Shown here: piece by piece, positions 32,726 to 41,600 of the stretch
Layout of the letters: each line of letters begins with the position of its first letter
Position numbering within the stretch: position 1 is the stretch's first letter
DNA from: an uncultured Verrucomicrobiae bacterium
GTDB lineage: Bacteria; Verrucomicrobiota; Verrucomicrobiia; Limisphaerales; Palsa-1400
Direction: 5' to 3'
Assembly (NCBI GenBank): GCA_963707025.1
Contig: CAVPOM010000005.1
Span: 224,001-288,000 of the forward strand
Length of the DNA: 64,000 bases
Translations under genes and position numbers: made by a program
The notes under the pieces: generated by a model
Told to the model about the DNA's origin: nothing
Databases searched by the model: none
What the model saw: the letters and a program-made list of their open reading frames with translations, nothing else

Positions 32726-33574
32726 ATGAAATTGCTCGACACATTGTTGCTGCTGGGCATCACCGGTTGGCCGGGCGCGGTTCATGCGCAACTGCAACTC
32801 CTGCCGGACAAGGAACCGCCCTGCGTCTTTGCCGGTCCAGAGCGGAAAATTGCCCTGAGCTGGCGTAATGCCGGCGACCAGATTTTTGAGAAGGAAATTC
32901 GCTTTCGGATTTTTCAAACCACTTCGGCCACGGCGGTTCCATTGGGTGAAATGGCGTGGAAACGACTTCAGGTGCTGCCGCGGCAAACCGTTTTGGAATC
33001 CGCACAACTGGATTTTCCCGCCGTCAAAGCGGAGACGACGTTTCTCGTCCAGTGGCTGGAAAACTCCAACAGTGTGGTCGGCCGGACGGAAGTTTTGGTC
33101 TATCCGACGAATTTGCTGGCGGAGTTGAAACTGCTCGCCGGAGAAGAACCGCCCGGCGTTTTTGACCCGCAAAACCAGCTCAAGCCCCTGCTCAAGGCCG
33201 CCGCGGTCGAATTCTCCGATTTGGAAGACGCCGGGGTGGAGGACTACCGGGGGAAGCTGGTCATCGCCGGGCCGTTCCAAAGTCAGAAGCAAATCCGGAG
33301 CAGCCTGGCGGCCCAACTGCAAGGCGTGGCCAAGAAAGGCGCGGGAGTGGTTTGGCTGCTCCCCCCACCGGAACGGGCCGATCGGCCTCCCGACAAACTC
33401 CGTCCGTCGTTTTATTCCGTGCTGGAAAAGACCAACGCCATGGTCGTCGTCCAGCCGGATTTGGTGGCCGATTTGCCGGACCATCCGCGGTCGCAGATCA
33501 ATTTGATTTATTTCTGCCGGCTGGCCCTGAATCCTCAGCCGATGGCTTTGCCTGATTTGTCTTCACACCCATAA
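32726..33574 (+). CDS. Exported hypothetical protein
   Basis: Signal peptide ending AVHA-Q; operon position. Confidence 0.75.
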   Translation: MKLLDTLLLLGITGWPGAVHAQLQLLPDKEPPCVFAGPERKIALSWRNAGDQIFEKEIRFRIFQTTSATAVPLGEMAWKRLQVLPRQTVLESAQLDFPAVKAETTFLVQWLENSNSVVGRTEVLVYPTNLLAELKLLAGEEPPGVFDPQNQLKPLLKAAAVEFSDLEDAGVEDYRGKLVIAGPFQSQKQIRSSLAAQLQGVAKKGAGVVWLLPPPERADRPPDKLRPSFYSVLEKTNAMVVVQPDLVADLPDHPRSQINLIYFCRLALNPQPMALPDLSSHP

Positions 33575-33588
33575 ACCACAAACAGATT

Positions 33589-34518
33589 ATGAAACACAAA
33601 CACACCCTTGCCCTTGCCTGCTTATTGCTCGCCGGCGGCATGGCCCGCGCCCTGGCGGCGGATGTTCTTACCGTCGCTGTTTTCGATTTTGAATCGAAGG
33701 ACGAAGCCGTGCGCGACCTTGGCCCAAAGGTCGCCGCGCTGGTCAGCGCCGACCTTTCCGCCGAGCCGCAAATCATCACCGTGGAGCGCGCCGAACTGGA
33801 AAAGGTCCTGGGCGAACAGGAACTCGGTTTGTCCGGCACGGTTTCGCCGGACACCGTCGCCAAAGTCGGCCGCCTCACCGGCGCCAAAGTGCTCGTCACC
33901 GGCCGGGTCTTCAAAGCGGACAAGGACTTGATTCTGGTCGCCAAGATCATCGGCACGGAAACCAGCCGCGTCTATGGCGAAGTGGTCAACGGCAAAACCG
34001 GCGCGGAGATCGCCGATTTGTCGGCGGAACTGGCCAAGAAAATTGCCGCCGATGTCACACAAAAGGGCGACACCCTAATCGCCAAAGTCGAGACGCGCGA
34101 CCAGCGCATCGAGCGCATTCTCAAATCGCTCAAAGAAGGCCCGCGTCCCTCCGTTTCCATCAGGCTCCCCGAAACCCATTTCGGCCTGCCCGTCATTGAT
34201 CCCGCCGCCGAAACCGAGCTTTCCTACATCCTTCAAAAATGCGGATTTACCATCATGGACGAAAAATCCGACAAGAAGCCTGACATTGAAATCACCGGCC
34301 AGGCCTTCAGCGCCTATGGCATGCGCAAGGGCAACTTGATTTCCTGCAAATCACGCATCGAGGTCAAGGTTCACGAGCGCCTCGGAGGGAAGATACTCGC
34401 CCAGGACAGCCAGACCAGCGTGGCCGTGGACATCGCCGAACAAACCGCCGCCAAGACCGCCCTGCAAAACGCCGCCGACGAACTGGCCGAGCGCCTGCTG
34501 CCCAAGCTCCTGCCATGA
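33589..34518 (+). CDS. CsgG/HfaB family exported protein
   Basis: TVAVFDFE, VERAELEKVLGEQELGLSG, KVGRLTGAKVLVTG, IIGTETS. Confidence 0.85.
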   Translation: MKHKHTLALACLLLAGGMARALAADVLTVAVFDFESKDEAVRDLGPKVAALVSADLSAEPQIITVERAELEKVLGEQELGLSGTVSPDTVAKVGRLTGAKVLVTGRVFKADKDLILVAKIIGTETSRVYGEVVNGKTGAEIADLSAELAKKIAADVTQKGDTLIAKVETRDQRIERILKSLKEGPRPSVSIRLPETHFGLPVIDPAAETELSYILQKCGFTIMDEKSDKKPDIEITGQAFSAYGMRKGNLISCKSRIEVKVHERLGGKILAQDSQTSVAVDIAEQTAAKTALQNAADELAERLLPKLLP

Positions 34519-37500
34519 AAAACCGCGAGCGAATCCTTGTGGGCGCCGGGGTGCTTCTGGTGGCTCTTGGCGCTGCCATCGCTCTGGCTTTGTGGCACGT
34601 TTCCGCTCCAGACCTCATCCCACCTCCAACCGAGGGTGACATGCTGGCAATGGCGATCAGCAACAGGGCAAAACATGCCAAGGATTTTCAATACCTCCCC
34701 GACCAGTCAAACAAGGTCGAGCGCATTGATCCGTCGCGTCGAATTCGCCTTGCGGTCGGCTGGTTGGGACTGCCCGACGAAGCCCGGAACCAGGAAATCG
34801 GCGACCTGATCGTGGCGGAGTTGAGCGGTGCAAAAAACCTCGAACTGGTGGACCGCCAATCGCTCAACGCCGTCTTGCGGGAAAGTGAGTTAAGCCTCTC
34901 CGGTCTGGCCCGTGCCGCGGGCGCGGTGCGGGTGGGCAAATTATTGCGCGCCGACTGGTTTCTGATGGGCAGCAGTGCGGTGGTCAATGGCACCAACTGC
35001 ATCGTCGCGCGCATTGTTGACAGTCGCACTGGAACGATGCGGGATATCACGTTGCTGCCCAGCAAGAAGGAACCGAGAACCTTGGCCGGGGACCTGGCGG
35101 AATTTGTACGCCAGTGCCGGGCCAGCGCATCCAGTGCCCGGCCGCGTGTTTATGTCTCCATCGGGGAATTCGAGGACACGAGCATGAACAGCCATCAGAG
35201 CGGTTTCGGTGACCAATTGCGCGCCCATCTTGCCTCCGCGCTGCGGGCCAATACCAACGTGACTGTGTTGGAGAGGGATGGCTTGGAAAGCTTGTTGCAG
35301 GAAATGCGCCTTGACTTGGCGGGATTGACCGATGAGCAAACCACAAATCCGGAGCTCCAGATACAATCCGCTGTGTGGACAGTTTCGGGCTACTATCAGG
35401 CCTATGAAAAGGAGGGGCAAGACGTGGAACTGCTTTTGCATTTGGACCGGGCGTTCGGCCCCATCCGGGAATCAACCCTGCGCGGCACTGGAGAGGAGTT
35501 GTTTCATATCGCCGAAAAAACCATGGAAACAGCGGTGAACAATACGGCAGCGGCGGTGTTTGTCCCATCGCGCAGCCGGGAAATAAAAGAAGCGACAAAA
35601 ATGATGCTGGAAGGGACTGCTTATCAGCGAGGGATGGTCATGGGAAACCTCATCGGCCCCAATAGGTATAATTGGTACAGTCAATACGAAGCGGGAACGC
35701 AAGCGCAGAAACGGCACCGGCGCGAGGAGGGGCTGCGGGCCGCTCAAACAGTGCTGCTCTTGGATCCCACTAATCAGGTGGCAATGTTGTATGTGGGCGT
35801 TTATTTGCAGGATCCGCTGATAGATCGGGGTGAGGAGGCGGGGAAGTATTTCCAGGAAGCGGCGGATTTCCCGGTGGATAACCGGCTCAAAGCCGTCGCC
35901 ATGGGAGATCTGGCGGAGAGCTACGCAAGGTCTGATCCCGCCGAAGCCGTACGCGTGTTACAACGGGCCAGGGAACACTTTAAAACCAACGCCGAGTTCC
36001 TCTCAATTCTGGGTACAAGTGAATTGAACCGATCAATCCCAGCCGCAGCCTCGCCTGAAGACAACAGCCCCGACCGGGTGCGGCAGCTTGCCGAGCAACG
36101 CCTTTTCGCCCAGCTTCAGGACAATCAGGACAAGTGGATCAAATGGCAATCCTGGGCCTATCCGGATGGGTTCGTGGGAGCTTACGCCCGAACGTTCGGG
36201 AAGGACGATTTGGCCGGACTGAAAGACTACGAGGCGTTGCTCCCCACCCTGAAACAGAAATTCCCCGCCACCGCCCCGTATTTTGTGGCGTCCGCGTTCG
36301 CACGACAGACCAATTCGAATAATCCGTTTACGGCGGAATTTGAACAGATGGTCGCCTGGTGTTCGGAGCACCCTGACACAGTGATGTATCCCGACAGGTT
36401 CTTCGATTACGCCTTCGGCTACTGCTACTGGTGGTGTTTAGACCACAAGCAGAATGAGTTGGCGGCGCGGTTGATCGAGGCCAGAGGCCGTGAACTTGCC
36501 ACAGTCGCCCGCATGGGAACCTCAACGTCGAACCAGGGCTTCTCGGTGGTGGCGAGGTCTAATTTGGTGGCTCAAAGCACGCTGGGGACGCCCCGCACCA
36601 ATGTGCTCCAGCCCCTCGCCGTCCCTGTCACCAACGCCGCCACCCTGCTCTTGTCCCCACCCGATCGGATCAACCTGGCGAGAAGTTATTACCGGATGGG
36701 GCGGGCCAGGGACGCCTTGGATATAGTTGACAGTATTGCGGAGCGTCCAACGCCTACCGACAACAACCTCTACCCTTGGGAGCCTATGACAATCCCTGGA
36801 TTCACCAACGAGGCCAGGGCTTTCTTCAGACATGAACTCGGCTTGCCGCCAATCGTGGATGACAAATTGTTGACTTTGGGCGATCCGTGCTTGCGTCTCC
36901 AATCCCCTTTCGCCTTCTCCACCGATTCCCAAGGAATTTGGTTGGCCGCAGGCCCCACGCTTTTCCGGCTGGATTTCAACGCCGTGACCAACGATATCAT
37001 TCCAATACCCAACCGCGATGGCGCAAATGACACCGTCATCTGTGAAGGGGCGGAGCGGCTTTGGGTCGGCACCGACGGCAATGGAATCATCGAATTCGAT
37101 CAGGCGACCCATAAACGGCTCCGCCGCTGGACCGAACAGGACGGGCTTTATTCGGACCATATTTCGCGCCTGTGCCTGGACAAGGGCACGCTCTGGATCG
37201 GGTTCAGTCATCAAGGCAGAGGCGCCTTGGGCCGTTTGGATTTGGTGAGCGGACGCGCCAGTGCGTTCGCGCCGACGATGCGACCCGACACGGATAGAGC
37301 TATTGTTTACGGGATACACCTCTCCTATCAAGCCGAACCGCCGGGTGAAGCAATTACCGGCCTGGCCATGGGGCAACCGGGTGAATTGTACGTCGCGACG
37401 ACCTGGCAGGTGCTGCGATACCGGATTAAGGAAGATAAATGGGACGACGTGGAGCACATCAAAAACAATGGATTCGCTTGCGACGGTTTGCATTTGTTTG

Positions 37501-37838
37501 TCAACCAAGCAGACCGTCTTCGTAATACACCGCCACTGCACCTCAAGCCTGGAATCAACGGCGTCGCCGTGTTGACGCTGTCCGACGGGCATTGGGACCA
37601 ATTTGGACAACCGTCCGGGCTGCCCATGCCTGACTCGACGGCCACGGCTTTCAGCGGCAAAGACGTTTGGGTGGGCGGCAAGGGCTACCTCGGTGTCTTG
37701 GACTTGGAAAAAAAGACCATGCGCAAACGCGGTTACATGCAAGCCAACGCGGTGGATCATCTGGAGGTGGCAGGCGGCTTCCTCTGGGCGCAATTCGGCG
37801 GCGACCTCTATCGCTTTCCCCTCTCCGTCGCCAACTGA
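34515..37838 (+). CDS. Large membrane-anchored protein with two CsgG-like domains, TPR-like helices and a C-terminal beta-propeller
   Basis: LVDRQSLNAVLRESELSLSG...VGKLLRADW; VLERDGLESLLQEMRLDLAG; LWVGTDGNG, DGLYSDHI, LWIG blades. Confidence 0.75.
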   Translation: MKNRERILVGAGVLLVALGAAIALALWHVSAPDLIPPPTEGDMLAMAISNRAKHAKDFQYLPDQSNKVERIDPSRRIRLAVGWLGLPDEARNQEIGDLIVAELSGAKNLELVDRQSLNAVLRESELSLSGLARAAGAVRVGKLLRADWFLMGSSAVVNGTNCIVARIVDSRTGTMRDITLLPSKKEPRTLAGDLAEFVRQCRASASSARPRVYVSIGEFEDTSMNSHQSGFGDQLRAHLASALRANTNVTVLERDGLESLLQEMRLDLAGLTDEQTTNPELQIQSAVWTVSGYYQAYEKEGQDVELLLHLDRAFGPIRESTLRGTGEELFHIAEKTMETAVNNTAAAVFVPSRSREIKEATKMMLEGTAYQRGMVMGNLIGPNRYNWYSQYEAGTQAQKRHRREEGLRAAQTVLLLDPTNQVAMLYVGVYLQDPLIDRGEEAGKYFQEAADFPVDNRLKAVAMGDLAESYARSDPAEAVRVLQRAREHFKTNAEFLSILGTSELNRSIPAAASPEDNSPDRVRQLAEQRLFAQLQDNQDKWIKWQSWAYPDGFVGAYARTFGKDDLAGLKDYEALLPTLKQKFPATAPYFVASAFARQTNSNNPFTAEFEQMVAWCSEHPDTVMYPDRFFDYAFGYCYWWCLDHKQNELAARLIEARGRELATVARMGTSTSNQGFSVVARSNLVAQSTLGTPRTNVLQPLAVPVTNAATLLLSPPDRINLARSYYRMGRARDALDIVDSIAERPTPTDNNLYPWEPMTIPGFTNEARAFFRHELGLPPIVDDKLLTLGDPCLRLQSPFAFSTDSQGIWLAAGPTLFRLDFNAVTNDIIPIPNRDGANDTVICEGAERLWVGTDGNGIIEFDQATHKRLRRWTEQDGLYSDHISRLCLDKGTLWIGFSHQGRGALGRLDLVSGRASAFAPTMRPDTDRAIVYGIHLSYQAEPPGEAITGLAMGQPGELYVATTWQVLRYRIKEDKWDDVEHIKNNGFACDGLHLFVNQADRLRNTPPLHLKPGINGVAVLTLSDGHWDQFGQPSGLPMPDSTATAFSGKDVWVGGKGYLGVLDLEKKTMRKRGYMQANAVDHLEVAGGFLWAQFGGDLYRFPLSVAN

Positions 37839-37872
37839 CCGAAAAAAGTTTCAACAATCCGTAAACCAAGAA

Positions 37873-38480
37873 ATGCGCGCTATGACAAACCGATCCTGGT
37901 GTGCTGGGCTGGTGTTGCTCGTCGCGTTCGCCACAACTGCCTTGGCCCAGTCCAACGCCACGCCGGCGCGCCTCGCCATCCTGGCCGCCGACCGCGCGCT
38001 TGGCGTTGCGGATGACATGCTGACGGCCGCTTTCTCCAAGCGCGAGGGTGTCGTCCTGCTGGAACGGGCCGAGATCGAGAAAGTCTATCGCGAACAGCAA
38101 CTTTCCGCCGCCAACCAGGACCTCATCAAATTGGGGCAAATCCTCGGCGCAGATGGTCTGGCCCTGTTGCAAATCGTCACCGAGGGAACCAACCAATTCC
38201 TGCAATCCCGTCTCATCGCCGTCAAACCCGGCGTTGTTCTCGCCGAGTTCCGGTCTCCCTGGCCGTTGGAAGACCTGGCGCAATAGTCGGGCCTTGCCGC
38301 CAATGATTTTTCCCCGCTCCTTCCCAAACTGACCGTGCTGCCCAAGGACGCCGTGCCCCTTTCCGTTCTCAACCTTCGCTCCCCCTTACGCACCGCCGCC
38401 AGCCAGGAACTGGAGCGCGAACTGACCGTCCCGCTCATCCAGCGCCTCACCCGCGAGCGCAACGTCTGGTCTGCTTGCCG
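37873..38480 (+). pseudogene. Truncated paralog of the 25163 CsgG-domain gene
   Basis: Colinear with the N-terminus of the 25163 protein. TAG at 38284-38286 replaces a Trp, similarity continues in frame (LPKLTVLPKDAVPLSVLNLRS), then ends. Confidence 0.85.
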
Positions 38481-38489
38481 CCGTGAACC

Positions 38490-38655
38490 AGAGACCCCCG
38501 ATGATTCCTGCCGCCCCAACATCGTCCAGCGCGAATAAAACCTGGAGCGGCGGGTTTTTTACGAAATGCTGTCGCATGCCCGGGGCGTCACAAACGGACG
38601 AAGCCTGTCTGCTGGCGGAGGATGTGGACTGGAACACGCGCACCATCTGTTTTTT
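38490..38655 (+). pseudogene. Degenerate tyrosine-integrase fragment
   Basis: IVQRE*NLERRVFYEMLSH / GASQTDEACLLAEDVDWNTRTICF resembles the integrase box I region (L..EDIDW...I); contains a stop and a frame change. Confidence 0.55.
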
Positions 38656-38671
38656 TCCTTCTCTGTCATTT

Positions 38672-41600
38672 TTAATGTTTGACTGACGAGACGGCGAGAG
38701 TCTCCGCCGCTGAATTGTTCCAACCGCCGCCCAGGGCCTTGATCAGTTGAACGGCGGCGATGAGGCGCTCGCCCGCAAGTTGGGCATTGCCGCGCTCGGC
38801 CTGCAGCGCGTCCCGGCTGGCGTCCACGACTTCAATATAGCTGACAATGCCCGACTGATAACGGTTAGTCGCGAGGCCAACCGCGCGGCGCGCGTTCATC
38901 ACCGCGCGCTGTTGGGCGGACGACTGATCCGCCAAATGACGAATGCCGGACAGGCTGTCCTCCACCTCGTTAAAGGCCACCAGCACTTGTTGCCGGTAAT
39001 TCGCCACCGACTCCTCGAAAACGGCCTGGGACCGATGGTAGTTCGCTTTGTTGCGGCCTCCGGCAAAAATCGGCAGGGAAAGACTTGGACCGATGGACCA
39101 GGTTCGGCTGTTCCAGTTGAACAAGGTGTCCACATCGGCGCTCAAGTAGCCGCCCGAACCAGTGAGCGTAAGCACGGGAAAAAACGCAGCTTTCGCCACA
39201 CCAATGCGGGCATTGGACGAGGCAAGCTGGCGTTCCGCCTGGGCGACATCCGGTCGTCGCTCCAGCAAATCGGAAGGCAGACCGGCGGGGATTTCAGGCG
39301 GTTGCGGGTTCCAGGCGCCCGCTGTTTCAGCAGCTACGTGAAACGAGGATGGATTACTGCCGGCCAAAATGGCGATGGCATTCTCCAATTCCGCGCGTTG
39401 TTGCGCGAGCGACGCGGCTTCAGCTTCCGTGGTGGCCAGTTCGGTTTCGGCGCGTGCAATGTCGAGATCGTTGCCGATGCCGCCGTTAAAACGGCTCTGC
39501 ACCAGCCCCACCTGCTCCTTGCGCAATTCAACGGTGCCGGTCACGGTGGCCAACTCGGCGTCGAGAGCGCGGAGCCTGAAATAATTCTGCGCAACGTCAG
39601 CCTGCAGGGTCAACAAAACGCTGCCGAATGCGGCGAGCGACGCTTGGGCATCGGCGCGGGCGCTTTCAAACCCGCGGCGCACACGGCCCCACAGATCAAT
39701 CTCGTAACTGAGGTCAAGCGGGGCCTGCCAAGTGTTCGCCGTCAAAGTGCCAAAGCTGGGTGATTGGTTCGGCGAGTAGCGCTGGCGGGCAAAGCTTGGA
39801 TCAAGACTCAAGCTCGGCAGCAAATCGCCCCTGGCCACGCGCGCCGTGGCACGGGCTTGATCCACCCGCGCAACGGCCGCTTTGAGGCTTTGGTTCGCGC
39901 GCATTGCCTGCAATTCCAAATCATTCAAATTGGTGTCGCCAAAGACCTCCCACCAATTGCCCTTCGGCACACCATCCAGCGGGCGGCCTTCCTTCCATTG
40001 CCCCAGTTTTGCGGCCTTATAGTTTTCGGGGACCGAGTTGGTCGGCGGCCGATAATCCGGGCCGATGGTCAGGCTTCCGGCTTGGGCGGAAGCGGGGGAA
40101 AACAACGCCGCGAGCAGAAGAATTCCCGCCACCGCACTTGGCGCGCCCAATGCGGGGCCGTTGGGTTCGTGACTGGCAATGACGGAAGGCTTCCGGGAAA
40201 CGCGCCTCATGAGGGTGAGATAGAAGACCGGTGTCAGAAACAGGCCGAACAACGTCACGCCGATCATCCCGGCAAAGACGGCCACGCCCATCGCCTGCCG
40301 CATCTCCGCGCCCGCGCCATGGGCCACCACTAGAGGGAAAACGCCCGCGATGAAGGCGATGGAGGTCATCAGAATGGGACGGAGACGAAGGCGGCTGGCC
40401 TCGACCGCCGCCTGGAACGCAGGAACACCTTCCTCATCCTGTTTGTGCCGGGCAAATTCGACAATGAGAATCGCGTTCTTGCAGGCCAGGCCGACCAGCA
40501 CGATCAGGCCGATTTGCGTGAAAATATTATTGTCACCGCCCTTGAGCCAGACGCCGCTGATGGCGAAGAGCAGGCACATCGGCACAATCAGGATGATGGC
40601 CAGTGGCAGACGCAAACTCTCGTATTGCGCCGCCAGGACCAGGAACACGAGCAGGATGCAGAGCGGATAAACATAAATGGCCGAATTGCCTGCCAGGATG
40701 CGCTGATAGGTCAAGTCCGTCCATTCGAAGGTCATCCCCTTGGCCAGACCGTCTCCCGCCAGCTTGGCGATCAACGCCTCCGCTTGGCCGGAACTGTAAC
40801 CGGCGGCGGGACCGCCATTGATTTCGGCGGCGGGATAGCCATTGTAACGCAGAGCGCGGTTGGGTCCGTGCGTTTCCGTCACCTTCACCAAGGCCCCCAA
40901 TGGCACCATCTGGCCTTTGTCGTTGCGCGTTTTCAGCCGCGTGATGTCCTCAGGGCGGTCGCGAAACTGCCCGTCGGCCTGGGCCACGACCTGATAAGTG
41001 CGCCCGAAACGATTGAAGTCATTAACATAAAGGGAACCGAGATAAATCTGCATGGTCTCGAACAAATTCTGGAGCTGCACGCCTTCCTGCTTGGCTTTGA
41101 TGCGGTCAATGTCCGCGTCCAGTTGGGGGACGTTGACGGTGAAGGTGGAAAACACGCTGGCCAGGCCGGGAGTCTGATAGCTTTTGCCAATAACGCCTTG
41201 AAGGCTCTGGTAGAGAGCGTCGTAGCCCAGGTCGGCGCGGTCTTCCACGTAGAGCTTGAATCCGCCGATGGTGCCCAAGCCATTCACGGGCGGCGGCGGC
41301 ACGGTCAGGACGAAAGCATCTTGAATGCCGGCGAACTGCTGATTTAATGTGGCAGCGATAGCCGGGCCACTGAGCTGGGACGACGTGCGTTCCTCAAACG
41401 GCTTCAAACAAAAAAAGACGATGCCTTCATTGGGTGACACGCTAAACCCGCTTATGCTCAACCCTGGGAAGGCGACGGCGCTTTCCACTCCGGGCTGCTT
41501 GAGCCCGATATCCGACATGCGGCGGATGACGGCTTCGGTGCGGTCGAGCGAAGCGGCGTCGGGCAATTGGGCGAAGGCCACCAGATATTGTTTGTCCTGC

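Noticed and set aside
33589..34518. Curli biogenesis operon
   Set aside because: No curlin repeats, CsgE or CsgF, and the protein lacks a lipobox
38284..38286. Amber read-through or recoding
   Set aside because: A single TGG-to-TAG change in a gene that is also truncated; ordinary decay is simpler
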